Below are positions 47,132 to 57,619 of a stretch of 64,000 nucleotides of DNA, one piece after another (the stretch's first letter is position 1; each line of letters starts with the position of its first letter). The position numbers and the translations under genes are program-made. The notes beneath the pieces were generated by a model, which was not told the DNA's origin, did not search any database, and was given only the letters and a program-made list of their open reading frames with translations. Source of the stretch: Candidatus Latescibacterota bacterium (GTDB lineage Bacteria; Latescibacterota; UBA2968; GCA-2709665); assembly GCA_965219995.1 (NCBI GenBank), contig CBDCOX010000002.1, forward strand, positions 5,216,001-5,280,000. The letters run 5' to 3'.

Positions 47132-47776
47132 TCAGAAGTACTCGGCGATCTCTTCCGGCGCGGACTTGCCGGTCAGCACGGAGACGTACATGGGGAGCAA
47201 CGCCATCCGGGCGTCCAGCGATTCGTTGTAGCCGATGGTGTAGTACCCCACCTGGTGGAAGTACGTGATGCGGGCCCGGATGAAGGCCTCGTCCTCCCCG
47301 TAGCCAAAGTCCAGGAAGATGCGCTTGATGTAGGCGATCCGCTCCTCGTCCACGGCCTTGACCACCGCCGAGACATCGTCGGACGTGCGCGCCCAGTCCC
47401 GCATGGCCGACTCGAGGGCCGGATCGAACTCCGACTCGTCGATCCAGAGGTGCACCAGCCGCACGAACTCTTCCATGCCGGACGCCGCGTCCCCGCCGAC
47501 CAGGCGGTCGAACATCTCGTGGCTCTGGCCCCGCCACTGGGAAAGCAGCGTCTCCAGCAGGTGGTTGCGGTCGCGGAAGTGCCAGTAGAAGCTGCCGCGG
47601 GTGACCTTCAGGTCCTCCGCGAGGGGACCGATCTTCACCGCGTCGATGCCGCCGTTGACCAGCCGCCGCTGCGCAGCGTCCAGCCAATCCTCCGGGCGCA
47701 GCCGGGAGACGGTGCGCAGGCCCCGGTCGTCGAGTCCGGAGCCCCGCCCGCGAGCCGCGACGCCCGATTCACCCAT
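47132..47776 (-). CDS. TetR/AcrR-family transcriptional regulator
   Basis: LAEDLKVTRGSFYWHF HTH. Confidence 0.9.
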   Translation of the reverse strand: MGESGVAARGRGSGLDDRGLRTVSRLRPEDWLDAAQRRLVNGGIDAVKIGPLAEDLKVTRGSFYWHFRDRNHLLETLLSQWRGQSHEMFDRLVGGDAASGMEEFVRLVHLWIDESEFDPALESAMRDWARTSDDVSAVVKAVDEERIAYIKRIFLDFGYGEDEAFIRARITYFHQVGYYTIGYNESLDARMALLPMYVSVLTGKSAPEEIAEYF

Positions 47777-47889
47777 GGCCGCAATTCTCCAGCGGTGCGG
47801 TCATCGGTACTCCATCATCGTCATGCAGGCTCCGACGCAGGACGGCCTATTGTCCCTCAACGACCAAGCTTGACGCGGCACGATCGGGT

Positions 47890-48282
47890 TCACGCGGTCA
47901 GTTCGAGAAAACCCCGTGGAGAGAACACTTCGACCGGGCCGTAGCGCGGCTCGGCGAAATCGCGCCGATTGCCGGTAACGAGCACAGCCGCAGCGGCCGC
48001 AGCCGTGCGCAGGTAGACCTCGTCGTCCGGATCGCGCAGGCCGAAGACGGTGTCGTCCGGCTCGACGAAGAAGGCGGCCTGTTCAAGCTCTGCGACGACG
48101 GATAGCAGCGCGTCGCGGTAAGCCGCATGACGGGGACGGACGGCAACGGCCCGATACTCCCGGACGATGTCCTCGGCAAGCGCGACCCGGTGGCGGCCCA
48201 GCGCTTCTACTACCACGCGACCGCAGACTCCGTGGCTGCGCGCCGCCGACACGACGACGTTACAGTCGATGACGACTCTCAC
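47890..48282 (-). CDS. PIN-domain toxin (VapC-like)
   Basis: RVVIDCNV, RDPDDEVYL, LVTGNRRDF. Confidence 0.87.
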   Translation of the reverse strand: MRVVIDCNVVVSAARSHGVCGRVVVEALGRHRVALAEDIVREYRAVAVRPRHAAYRDALLSVVAELEQAAFFVEPDDTVFGLRDPDDEVYLRTAAAAAAVLVTGNRRDFAEPRYGPVEVFSPRGFLELTA

Positions 48283-48569
48283 CCTTGCCGGGCACGACGC
48301 GCCGTCCGCGCCTCGGCGATGTCCGCGATCACTTCCGCCATGATCTCGTCCTCGGAGCGCAGGGCGTCTTCCGGCGTGCGCTCGACGGCATCAAGGATCG
48401 CCGCCACACGATCGGCCGTGCCGCGATCCACAACGTCCTTGAGACGGAGGAGGATGCCGTCCCCGACCACGGTGGCTTCCATCACGTCGCCTTCGCGCAG
48501 GTTCAGCCCCTTGCGCAGCTTCGCGGGAATGGTGACCTGATACTTCGGTTTGACGGTAACGAGCGGCAT
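48279..48569 (-). CDS. AbrB/MazE-family antitoxin
   Basis: KYQVTIPAKLRKGLNLREGD; 4-nt overlap with the toxin. Confidence 0.88.
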   Translation of the reverse strand: MPLVTVKPKYQVTIPAKLRKGLNLREGDVMEATVVGDGILLRLKDVVDRGTADRVAAILDAVERTPEDALRSEDEIMAEVIADIAEARTARRARQG

Positions 48570-48594
48570 GGGATCCTACCCTCCCGTACCGGCG

Positions 48595-48620
48595 CAGAAG
48601 TCGTATTTTACGACTTTCTG
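48595..48620. promoter_or_regulatory. Operator-like palindrome upstream of the AbrB/PIN operon
   Basis: AAGTCGTA-TTT-TACGACTT, centred on a minus-strand TAAAAT. Confidence 0.62.
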
Positions 48621-48687
48621 AAAGTAGTTCCACTGTGGTGACCGGCCCGCCCGGGCGTCTTTGGTACACCGCGTTGGGAGAACGCTC

Positions 48688-50220
48688 ATGAGATTCCTGC
48701 TGGGGCTTGCCCTGTGTTCCACCACACTTGCTCTCGCCGGCGATGTCGTACGGCCGAAGCACGAGATCGACCTCTCGAATCCCTACTCCACCGACAGCGT
48801 CCCCGCCTACGCCGGCGACCATGCGGCCGTGCACGCCTACATCGACGCCGAGATCGAGGCGCATACGGCCGCGCTGCAGCGCTGGATGCGCCAGCGCTCC
48901 ATCAGCGCCCAGAACGTCGGCGTACGGGACATGGCGGAGATGGTGCGCGGCGACTTCGAGGCGCTCGGCTTCGCCGAGGCGGAACTGGTGAATACCGCCG
49001 GCCATCCCGGCGTCTGGGGCTACTACGACGCCGGGGCCGAGAAGACGCTCATGGTCTACATGATGTACGACGTGCAGCCCGTGGACCCCGAGGACTGGCG
49101 CTCGCCGCCCTTCGAGGCCGCGCTGGTCGACACGCCCCAGGGACGGGCCATCATGGCGCGGGGCGCCACCAACCAGAAAGGCCCCCAGCGCGCCTTCCTG
49201 AACGCGGTGGAAGCCATACTGGCGGTGGACGGCGAGCTGCCGGTAAACCTCATGATCACCGCGGAGGGCGAAGAGGAACTCGGCTCGCCGAACTACCCCG
49301 AGATCGTCGACCGCTACGAGGCGCGCCTCAAGCAGGCGGACGGCGTGATCTTCCCCATGTCGGGACAGGACCCGGCGGGCCAGATGAGCATGGTGCTCGG
49401 GGTCAAGGGCATCGTCTACTGGGAACTGGAAGCCAGGGGCGGGGCCTGGGGCGGGCCCGTCGCGGCGGAGATCCACGGTTCCCTCAAGGCGATCGCGGAC
49501 TCGCCGGTCCTGCGCCTGGCCCAGGCGATCTCGAGCCTGGTCGGCGACGACGGCAACACCATCGTGGTGCCCGGCTACTACGACGACGTGCGGCCCCCCA
49601 CGGCGGAGGAGCAGTCGCTGATCGCCGGCTACCTGCAGCAGGCGAACCTGGCGACGCTGCGCGACATGCTCGGCGTCGAGCGCTGGATCGACGGCATGGA
49701 CGGGCTCGACGTGCTGCACGACCTCATCTACGCCCCCACGATGAACATCGACGGCATCTGGGCCGGCTACACCGGCGTGGGCGTCAAGACGATCCTGCCG
49801 CATATGGCCACGGCGAAGATGGACTCGCGCCTGCCCGTCGGCATCGATCCCGACCAAGCCCTGGCGAAGATCCGCGCCCATCTCGACGCGCGGGGCTTCG
49901 AGGACGTCGCCATGAACGTGCTGGCCGCCTATCCCGCCTCGCAGACTTCGGTGGACACGGACCTGGTCCGCTCCGCGATCGCCGTCTACAAGCGCTACGG
50001 CGCGACGCCGATCGTCAATCCCCGCGCCGCCGGCAGCGCGCCCTTCTACGAGTTCACCGACCGGCTGGGCCTGCCGATGATCCCCTTCGGCCTCGGTCAC
50101 GGGCGCGGCGCCCATGCCCCCAACGAGGTGTTCGTGGTCGAATCGGCGGGCGAGGTCGCGGGGCTCGCCGAGATCGAGAAGGCCTACGCCGATCTCCTGT
50201 ACGCGTTCGCGGCCGACTGA
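48688..50220 (+). CDS. Secreted M20/M25/M40 metallopeptidase
   Basis: Signal peptide; MYDVQP, ARGATNQKG, EGEEELGS, AHAPNE. Confidence 0.88.
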   Translation: MRFLLGLALCSTTLALAGDVVRPKHEIDLSNPYSTDSVPAYAGDHAAVHAYIDAEIEAHTAALQRWMRQRSISAQNVGVRDMAEMVRGDFEALGFAEAELVNTAGHPGVWGYYDAGAEKTLMVYMMYDVQPVDPEDWRSPPFEAALVDTPQGRAIMARGATNQKGPQRAFLNAVEAILAVDGELPVNLMITAEGEEELGSPNYPEIVDRYEARLKQADGVIFPMSGQDPAGQMSMVLGVKGIVYWELEARGGAWGGPVAAEIHGSLKAIADSPVLRLAQAISSLVGDDGNTIVVPGYYDDVRPPTAEEQSLIAGYLQQANLATLRDMLGVERWIDGMDGLDVLHDLIYAPTMNIDGIWAGYTGVGVKTILPHMATAKMDSRLPVGIDPDQALAKIRAHLDARGFEDVAMNVLAAYPASQTSVDTDLVRSAIAVYKRYGATPIVNPRAAGSAPFYEFTDRLGLPMIPFGLGHGRGAHAPNEVFVVESAGEVAGLAEIEKAYADLLYAFAAD

Positions 50221-50234
50221 CCGCGAACGCGTCT

Positions 50235-50255
50235 GGCCCCGAGTGGCCCGGGGCC
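50235..50255. terminator. GC hairpin between convergent genes
   Basis: GGCCCCG-7 nt-CGGGGCC; no U tract. Confidence 0.3.
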
Positions 50256-50257
50256 CC

Positions 50258-52696
50258 TCAGAAGCGCAGGGTGAGGTTCAGGCCGTAGCTCCTCGGACGG
50301 TTGATGTGGGACGAGAACACGATGTTGCCCGCCGGGCCCGTCTGCAGGCGCGACTGGTCGCTCAGCTCGTCCGCCAGGTTTTCGATGGAGAAGATCGCCG
50401 ACCAGCTCTCGCCCTGCAGGCCGGCGCGCAGGTTGACGAGACTGTAGCCGCTCAGCAGCGAGTCCTCGCTGTTCAGGGCGCTCTGGTACCGCTCGTCTAT
50501 CCACATGAAGTCCACGCGGCCCACCAGGTCGATGCCAGGCCTGAACCCGGGATAGAGGAAGTCCATCGCCAGACTCAGGCTGTACTCGGGCACGTTGGGC
50601 AGCTTGTTGCCGTCGTCGATCACGGCCGGAGGACGGCCCAGGGCCTCGCGCACGGCTTCCGCCAGCGGGGTCTCGTACAACTGGTCCCCGGAGAACTCGG
50701 ACGCCGTGTAGTTGAACGCGCCGGTGAAGGACACGTAGTCGTTGGCCGCCCAGACCGACTCCACCTCGAAGCCGGAGCTCGACGCGTCGCCGGCATTGTC
50801 GAGGAGACCTCCCGCGCTGGTGATGAGCATCACCTGGATCTCGTCCCAGTCGTTGTAGAAGACGGCCGCGTTGAGCACCAGCCGGCCGTCCAGCAGCGTG
50901 TTCTTCAGCCCGACCTCGTAGGCGGTCATCTCGTCCTGGTCGAAACCGACTTCGTCGTTGGGCACTTCCGGGGCCGTGGCGACGACGAAGGTCGAGTTCA
51001 GCCCGCCGTTGCGAATGCCCTTGCTCATGGAGGCGTAGGCGAGCGTCTCCTCGCCGACGTCCCACTCGATCGAGAGCTTCGGCAGCCACTCGCCTTCCAC
51101 GGACGTCTTCACCTCCGTGAGATCCTGCAGGCCGACCGCGCTCAGGAGTTGCAGGTTGGTGATGTAGATCGCCGCGCCACAGGGGTCGTCGGTACCCGCC
51201 GCGAAGGTGGGTGGCCGCGGCATGAAGCTCCTCGTCAGGATGCAGGTCGCGAGGATGGGGTCGTTGTTGGTCTTCGGGTTCTGCGTCGGGGAGGTCAGGT
51301 CCTCGTCCATCCAGCGGACGCCGGCGATCAGGCGCAGGTTCTCGGCGACGCTCCACGTGACTTCGCCGAACAGCGAGAGCTGCTCGCGGGTGGACGGTCC
51401 GCTCTCCACGTCCGAACCGAAGAACAGGTCGCTCCCCGGGCTCGGGATCCCGAGGAGCAGGTTCCCGAGCGTCGTGAGCGGCACGATCTGCGGACTGCGC
51501 GCGATGGAATAGCCGTACCCTTCCTGGTCCTTGTAGTACGCTCCCAGCAGCACGTTGACCGGCCCGTCGAAGTCGGACACCAGCCGCAGTTCCTGGTTGA
51601 AGCTCTCGTCCCGGCCGTAGGTCTCGGTGGTGACGTCGAAAATCTGCCCGAACAGGACCGGACCGGAGTTCTGGCCCTGCACGAAGTCGTATCGCGACCA
51701 GAGCAGTTCGCGTTCGTAGTAGCCGGTCACCGAAGTGAGCGCGAGCGGGCCGAAGTCGTATTCCAGCGTCAGGCTGTAGAGCTCGTAGTCGTCGTCCCAG
51801 TCCTCGTCGATCGGCCGCTGGCTGAATCGGGGGTCGGAGCGGTCGCCGTCGGCGAGCCAGTCGCCGGCGTGGTCGTCCTCCGTGAAGTGCGCCACGGCGC
51901 GCGCCCGGAATCGGTCGCTCGGCTGCCAGGCCACGGAGACGCGGCCTCCCTGGCTCTGGTAGTCGTTGTAGTCGTCCGTACCCGTCAGGGCGTTGTCGAT
52001 GAACCCCTCGTCGTCGCGGGTAAAGCCGACCACCCGCACGCCCAGCACGTCGGGAACGAGGGTGGCATCGATCACCCCCTGCACCGTCAGGGCCTCGCCG
52101 CCGTCCTGGACGCTGCCCAGCCTGGCGTTCACCGTACCGCGAACGCCCGCTTCCAGGGTGGGCGTATTGCTGAAGTAGCGTACGGTGCCGCCTACCGAGC
52201 CCTCGCCGAAGTAGGTCGGCTGCGGCCCCCGGAGCACTTCGATACGGCTCATGTCGAAGGTGTTGACGTCCCGCTGGCGGGAGCTTGCGGCCTGAATGGG
52301 CACGGCGTCGACAAACTGGCTGACCACCGGCTGCGAGCCGAGGATGTCCAGCGTGCCCTGGTTGACGATCTTCGCCACGCCGCGAATGGACACCTCGTTC
52401 GCGTTCGGGCCCCGGTGGGTGAAGTCCAGTCCGGCGGTGCGGCGCGCGATGTCGCCGAAGTCGACCATGCCCGCCCGTTCGATCTCGTCCTGGGCGATGG
52501 CGCGGATGCTCTGGCCGATGTCCTGGGCGCTCTCCTCCCGCAGACGCGCGGTGACGACGATCTCCTCGATCACGCCGGCGCCGTCGTCAGATTGCTGCGC
52601 CATTGCGGGCGTACCGATCCCGACGGTGGCCGCCAGAAACGTGCCGCAAAGCACGAACCCGGTCAGGCCGCCGAGACGATGCCTTGTCTCATTCAT
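50258..52696 (-). CDS. TonB-dependent receptor
   Basis: Signal peptide, TonB-box-like EEIVVTA, RIEVLRGPQ, ENL.D, C-terminal PRSYGLNLTLRF. Confidence 0.93.
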   Translation of the reverse strand: MNETRHRLGGLTGFVLCGTFLAATVGIGTPAMAQQSDDGAGVIEEIVVTARLREESAQDIGQSIRAIAQDEIERAGMVDFGDIARRTAGLDFTHRGPNANEVSIRGVAKIVNQGTLDILGSQPVVSQFVDAVPIQAASSRQRDVNTFDMSRIEVLRGPQPTYFGEGSVGGTVRYFSNTPTLEAGVRGTVNARLGSVQDGGEALTVQGVIDATLVPDVLGVRVVGFTRDDEGFIDNALTGTDDYNDYQSQGGRVSVAWQPSDRFRARAVAHFTEDDHAGDWLADGDRSDPRFSQRPIDEDWDDDYELYSLTLEYDFGPLALTSVTGYYERELLWSRYDFVQGQNSGPVLFGQIFDVTTETYGRDESFNQELRLVSDFDGPVNVLLGAYYKDQEGYGYSIARSPQIVPLTTLGNLLLGIPSPGSDLFFGSDVESGPSTREQLSLFGEVTWSVAENLRLIAGVRWMDEDLTSPTQNPKTNNDPILATCILTRSFMPRPPTFAAGTDDPCGAAIYITNLQLLSAVGLQDLTEVKTSVEGEWLPKLSIEWDVGEETLAYASMSKGIRNGGLNSTFVVATAPEVPNDEVGFDQDEMTAYEVGLKNTLLDGRLVLNAAVFYNDWDEIQVMLITSAGGLLDNAGDASSSGFEVESVWAANDYVSFTGAFNYTASEFSGDQLYETPLAEAVREALGRPPAVIDDGNKLPNVPEYSLSLAMDFLYPGFRPGIDLVGRVDFMWIDERYQSALNSEDSLLSGYSLVNLRAGLQGESWSAIFSIENLADELSDQSRLQTGPAGNIVFSSHINRPRSYGLNLTLRF

Positions 52697-52697
52697 C

Positions 52698-53231
52698 TCA
52701 TTTCCTCGCGTTCCACTGTGTCGCCGCGTTGCCGGCGACGACGGCCGTATCCTCCAGCCAGTCGCGCAGGTAACTCCCGTAGCCCCGGTCGACATAGATT
52801 TCGAACTCGTCCGCCCCGGTGGCCACCACGGCGGCGGCAACCTGTGCAAAGCGGGTGGGGCGGCAACCGCCCGGCGGGAAACCGGACGGGCGAAAGTCCA
52901 GTGCCGCGCCCGCAGCGAGCACCTCGCGGACGTCCCCGCCCGCGACGCGCAGAACCGAATAGGCCGCCGACTGATCGACGGCGTTGTGGAGCACGCCGGC
53001 AAGTTCCGCCGTGCATCGTTCGATCATGGCGGACGCCGTTTGCCGCGCGCTCGCCAGCAGCCAGTGATCGGGGCCGAGCCAGAGGCTCTGCGGATCCTCG
53101 CCCATGGCGCCCAACGGCGGCGCGAGTTGCAGGCACCGGACCGCCTCGCCGGCGGCCCGTCGCGCAACCCGGAGCGAAACCAGCGCGCGGTCCACCGCCG
53201 GCTCGATGCGGATGTCCAACCCCTCAGGCAC
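52698..53231 (-). CDS. soxG: Sarcosine oxidase gamma subunit
   Basis: LWLGPDHWL, VDQS, YLRDWL; last of the BDAG order; GTG start. Confidence 0.83.
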   Translation of the reverse strand: MPEGLDIRIEPAVDRALVSLRVARRAAGEAVRCLQLAPPLGAMGEDPQSLWLGPDHWLLASARQTASAMIERCTAELAGVLHNAVDQSAAYSVLRVAGGDVREVLAAGAALDFRPSGFPPGGCRPTRFAQVAAAVVATGADEFEIYVDRGYGSYLRDWLEDTAVVAGNAATQWNARK

Positions 53232-56073
53232 GCATCCGCTCCCCCGCCGGATCGTAGAAGCAGGGCTCGACGACGCGCGCCGGCGTGGTGCGGCCATCGT
53301 CGTAGACGAGCACCTCTTCGCCCTTGCGCCCGAAGCCGCCCTCGATCAGGCCGATGCCGATGGCCTTGCCCAGGGTGGGGCTCCGGCAGGCGCTCGTGAC
53401 GAAACCCTCGCTGCGCAGTGCTCCGTTGCCGCCCGTGACGACGTGGGCGCCGGCCGCGACGCTCCCGTTCGGATCCAGGAGTTCGAACCCCACCAGTTGG
53501 CGGCGGTCCCCCCGCCGGTCGTTGGGACGCGCCAGGGACCGGGCGCCGATGAAATCGCGCCGCTTTCGGGCGACCACCCCGCCGAACCCGATGTCCAGGG
53601 GGTTCGTCGTGCCGTCCGTGTCGACGCCGACGTGAATGAACCCCTTTTCCGTGCGCAGCACCATCAGTGCCTCCACTCCGATCGGAGCGACGTCCCCGGA
53701 ACCCGTCCCCGACCGGAGCCGTTCGAAGATCGACGCGGCGCGGTCCGACGAAACGGTGAGTTCGTAGCTCTGCTCGCCGGAAAAGCTCACGCGCTGCAGG
53801 CGATACGGCGTGCCGTCGGCAAGGCGGCCCTCGGCAAAGCTCATGTGGGGAAAGCTGGCGGTCGACAGGTCCATCATCCCCGGCAGCGCCTGCAGTACCC
53901 CGCGCGCGTCCGGGCCGGCGAGCGTCGCCACCGCCCATTGGGACGTGACGTTGCTCAGCACCACCTCGAGGTCGAAATACTCGCACTGTAGCCACTCCTC
54001 GAGCCAGGCCGCGACACGGTCCGCGTTGCCCGAAGTGGTGTTGACCAGGTAGTGATCCTCGGCGATGCGGACGAACACGCCATCGTCCATGACGACGCCG
54101 TTCTCGTTCAGCATCAGGCCGTAGCGCACCCGTCCGGACTTGAGGGTCAGGGCGTTGTTGACGTAGATGCGGTCGAGGAACGCCGCCGCATCCGGCCCCA
54201 GAACCTCGATCTTGCCGAGCGGCGAGCCGTCGAAGAGCCCCGCCGACCGCCGCACCGCCAGCACCTCGCGGGCGATCGCCGCGTCGCGGTCGGAGCCGTA
54301 GCAGGCCGGCCGCTTCCAGCTCCCGTAATCGTCGAACACGGCGCCATGCGCGGCATGCCAGTCGTGGGCGGCCAGCAGTTTCGGGGGCAGGTAGAAGTCG
54401 CCGCGGCGGTTGCCGGCGATCGCGCCCATGCTCACCGGCGCGAACTGCGGCCGGCTGGTGGTCGTGCCCACCTCCCCCGGCGGCCTCCCGGTCAGTTGCC
54501 CGAGCAGGGCCAGGGCGTTCAGGTTGCTCGTCTTGCCCTGGTCCACGGCCATGCCGGCCGTGGTGTAGCGTTTCATGTGCTCGACGGAGACGTAGTTCTC
54601 GCGCACGGCAAGCTCGATGTCCGCGACCGTCACGTCGTGCTGGAAGTCCACCCACTGGCGGCCGGTGCGCCCCGGCGCGGCGGTGCATGGACGGACCGGC
54701 GAGCCGCCCCCCGGAGCGAAGCCGCCGCTCGCGGCGCCGACCGTCTCCCATCCCTCGGGATCCCGGTCCGGCACGAACGCGTGCTGCGTCGCGTCGTAGC
54801 GCAGCCTGCCGCCCGCCTGCGAGTAGAGCTGCGTTGCGGGGTTCATGCCCCCGGACATGCCGATGACGTCGCAGTCCACCTGCCGCACCGATCCGTCGCG
54901 GTCGGCGAAGCGCAACGCCCGCGCGCCGCGCGATCCCCGCGCCGCCAGCGGCGTGGCCCCGCGGTACACCGGGATGCCGCGCTCCTCAGCGGCGTCGAGG
55001 AGACCCGCTTCGACCTCGTCGCGCGTATCGACGATGCCGCACACGGGCGTGCCCGCATCGCGCACCGCCAGCAGCGAGCGCCACCCGGCATCGTTGTTGA
55101 GCACGCCGGCGACGCTGCGGCCGCAGTCCACGCCGAAGCGGGTCGCGTACTTGTGAACGGCACCGGCGAGCATCACGCCCGGCAGGTCGTTGTTGGCGAA
55201 CAGCATCGGCTGCTCGAACGCGCCGGCGGCCAGCACGACCTGCCCGGCGCGTACCTTCCAGAAGCTCTCCACGGCGCCGTCGCCCCGCCAGGCGGCACCG
55301 CGGTCGTGGATGGTGAGGACGTTGTGGTCATAGCATCCGGCGACGGTCGCATTGGCCATGAGCCGGACGTTGTCCATGCCGGCAAGCTCGGCAAGCGCCG
55401 CGGCCAGCCATTCGTCCGAACCGAGCCCTTCGATCTCCGTGGAATCATGGAGCAGGGAGCCGCCGAACTCCGTGTCCTGCTCGACGAGCACCACGTCCTC
55501 GCCCCGACGGCCCGCCGCAAGAGCGGCCATGAGACCCGACGGGCCGGAACCGACCACGAGCACCGCGCAGTGGCCGTGCAGGTGCCGGTAGCGCGTGGCG
55601 TCCGTGCCGCCCGGCACGCGCCCGATGCCGCCCACGCGGCGCACCGCCCACTCGAACGCGCGCCAGTCCGGCCACTTGAACATCTTGTAGTAGAAGCCGG
55701 CGGGCCACAGGGCGCGCGTGAAGTCGAGCACGCGCCCGAGGTCGAAGTTGACCGAGGGAAAGCGGTTCTGGGACCTGGCCTCGAGCCCGTCGAGCAGGGG
55801 CATGGCGGTGGCGCGGACCGTCGGGATCCTTCCCGAACCCCAGTCCACGCTCAAGAGCGCGTTCGGTTCCTCGATGCCGGCGGTCAGCACGCCTCGGGGG
55901 CGGTGGAACTTCATGCTGCGCCCCACGACCCGCACGCCGTTGGCGAGCAGCGCCGAAGCCAGGGTGTCGCCGGGATGACCGAGACAGCGGCGCCCGTCGA
56001 ACGTGAACGCGATGCCGCGCGTCCGGTCGATACGGCCGCCTTCGGGCTTGCGGAAGGGCTGCGGCGCGCTCAT
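53224..56073 (-). CDS. soxA: Sarcosine oxidase alpha subunit
   Basis: GDTLASALLANG..RSMKFHRPRG, SVEHMKRYTT.GM..DQGK, GTTTSRP, GcvT-like C-terminus. Confidence 0.92.
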   Translation of the reverse strand: MSAPQPFRKPEGGRIDRTRGIAFTFDGRRCLGHPGDTLASALLANGVRVVGRSMKFHRPRGVLTAGIEEPNALLSVDWGSGRIPTVRATAMPLLDGLEARSQNRFPSVNFDLGRVLDFTRALWPAGFYYKMFKWPDWRAFEWAVRRVGGIGRVPGGTDATRYRHLHGHCAVLVVGSGPSGLMAALAAGRRGEDVVLVEQDTEFGGSLLHDSTEIEGLGSDEWLAAALAELAGMDNVRLMANATVAGCYDHNVLTIHDRGAAWRGDGAVESFWKVRAGQVVLAAGAFEQPMLFANNDLPGVMLAGAVHKYATRFGVDCGRSVAGVLNNDAGWRSLLAVRDAGTPVCGIVDTRDEVEAGLLDAAEERGIPVYRGATPLAARGSRGARALRFADRDGSVRQVDCDVIGMSGGMNPATQLYSQAGGRLRYDATQHAFVPDRDPEGWETVGAASGGFAPGGGSPVRPCTAAPGRTGRQWVDFQHDVTVADIELAVRENYVSVEHMKRYTTAGMAVDQGKTSNLNALALLGQLTGRPPGEVGTTTSRPQFAPVSMGAIAGNRRGDFYLPPKLLAAHDWHAAHGAVFDDYGSWKRPACYGSDRDAAIAREVLAVRRSAGLFDGSPLGKIEVLGPDAAAFLDRIYVNNALTLKSGRVRYGLMLNENGVVMDDGVFVRIAEDHYLVNTTSGNADRVAAWLEEWLQCEYFDLEVVLSNVTSQWAVATLAGPDARGVLQALPGMMDLSTASFPHMSFAEGRLADGTPYRLQRVSFSGEQSYELTVSSDRAASIFERLRSGTGSGDVAPIGVEALMVLRTEKGFIHVGVDTDGTTNPLDIGFGGVVARKRRDFIGARSLARPNDRRGDRRQLVGFELLDPNGSVAAGAHVVTGGNGALRSEGFVTSACRSPTLGKAIGIGLIEGGFGRKGEEVLVYDDGRTTPARVVEPCFYDPAGERMRA

Positions 56074-56375
56074 CCGCCGGTGTCGGCGCTCGCGCCGTCC
56101 ACGTCATCGAGGACGGGGCGGGCTTCGCCGACCCGGTAGACCGCGTGAATCCTGTGCGTCACGGTGTCGCGCACCACCTGGAACCACTGGTTGCAGCCGT
56201 AGCTGTGACACCAGCGTTCGTGCACGAGCCCCTTCGGGTTGTCCCGGTTGAACAGGTAGTCCGCCCACTCGGCATCGCTGGCTCCGGCCTGTGGAATCTC
56301 CTGCAGCGCTTCGCCGCCGTAACGGAACTCCGCCTCGTCGCGCTCGCCGCAGAACGGACAGGGAATCGTGAGCAT
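56070..56375 (-). CDS. soxD: Sarcosine oxidase delta subunit
   Basis: IPCPFCGERDEAEF.YGGEA, NPKG...ERW.H..GC..WF...RDTVT. Confidence 0.92.
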   Translation of the reverse strand: MLTIPCPFCGERDEAEFRYGGEALQEIPQAGASDAEWADYLFNRDNPKGLVHERWCHSYGCNQWFQVVRDTVTHRIHAVYRVGEARPVLDDVDGASADTGG

Positions 56376-57619
56376 CAGTGCGACACTCCCGACGCCGCGC
56401 CCTCGTCGATGAGCGCCCCGGTCTCGAACCGGTCGAGGCCGAAATCGGCGATCAGGGGATGCGGGGCGTCGTGGGCGATGGTGTGCGCCATCGTCTCGCC
56501 CCCGGCCGGGATCGCCTTGTAGCCGCCCGTGCCCCAGCCGCCGCTGACGTACAGGTTCCGGACCGGCGTCGTACCCATGATCGGCGTCGTGTCCGGCGTG
56601 ATGTCGACGATCCCCGCCCATTGGCGCAGCAGCCGGAGACGGCTGAACGCGGGGAACAGCTCGATGAGCGCCGCCAGGTTCTCTTTGAGGAGCGGGACGC
56701 CGCCGCGCTGCGCGTAGCTGCCGTAGCCGTCCGCGCCGCCGCCGATCACCAGTTCGCCGCGGTCCGACTGGCTGACGTACACGTGAATCACCGGTGAGAG
56801 CACCACGGTGTCCAGGCACGGCTTGACCGGCTCGCTGACCATCGCCTGCAGCGCCATGCTCGTGATCGGTACGCGAAAACCCGCCTGCGCCGCCAGCACG
56901 CCCGTGTGGCCCGCCACGCAGATGCAGACGCGGTCCGCCGCGATGGAGCCGCGGTTGGTGGTCACGCCCGTCACCTTGCCCTGGTCGATGTCGAAGCCGG
57001 TGACCTCGCACTGTTCGACGATGTGCACGCCCAGGGCGCTCGCCGCACGGGCGTATCCCCAGGCAACGGCATCGTGCCGGGAGATGCCGCCCCGGCGCTG
57101 AATGAACCCGCCGTGCACCGGGAAGCGGGCGTCGAGATTGAGCAGCGGCACGAGCTTGCCGATCTCCGCGGGCGTCAGGACGTCGGAGTCGATACCGTTG
57201 ATGCGGATCGCGTTCGTCCAGCGCCGCAGCGCCTCCATCTCGTGATGGCTGTGCGCCAGCGTCAGGATGCCGCGCTGGCTGAGCATCACGTTGAAGTTGA
57301 GTTCCCGGCCGAGGCCCTCGTAGAGCTCGAGCGAGCGCTCGAAGAACGCCGCGCTCTGGGGCCAGAAGTAGTTGGAACGCGTGACCTGGGTGTTGCGCCC
57401 CGTGTTCCCGCCGCCGAGCCAGCCCTTCTCGAGAACCGCGACGTTCGTGATGCCGTGGTGCTTCGCCAGATAGTAGGCGGTGGCGAGGCCATGACCGCCG
57501 GCGCCCACGACGACGACGTCGTAGGCCCGCGCCGGCTCGGCGGAGCGCCACGCAGCCGGCCAGCGCCGATGACCGCGCAGAGCCCGCCCGAACACTGTCG
57601 AGAAAGAGTATCCCCTCAT
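56375..57619 (-). CDS. soxB: Sarcosine oxidase beta subunit
   Basis: GAGGHGLATAYYLAK.HGI, GGGNTGRNT, RHDAVAWGYAR, GWGTGGYKA; ATG 57619. Confidence 0.93.
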   Translation of the reverse strand: MRGYSFSTVFGRALRGHRRWPAAWRSAEPARAYDVVVVGAGGHGLATAYYLAKHHGITNVAVLEKGWLGGGNTGRNTQVTRSNYFWPQSAAFFERSLELYEGLGRELNFNVMLSQRGILTLAHSHHEMEALRRWTNAIRINGIDSDVLTPAEIGKLVPLLNLDARFPVHGGFIQRRGGISRHDAVAWGYARAASALGVHIVEQCEVTGFDIDQGKVTGVTTNRGSIAADRVCICVAGHTGVLAAQAGFRVPITSMALQAMVSEPVKPCLDTVVLSPVIHVYVSQSDRGELVIGGGADGYGSYAQRGGVPLLKENLAALIELFPAFSRLRLLRQWAGIVDITPDTTPIMGTTPVRNLYVSGGWGTGGYKAIPAGGETMAHTIAHDAPHPLIADFGLDRFETGALIDEGAASGVSH

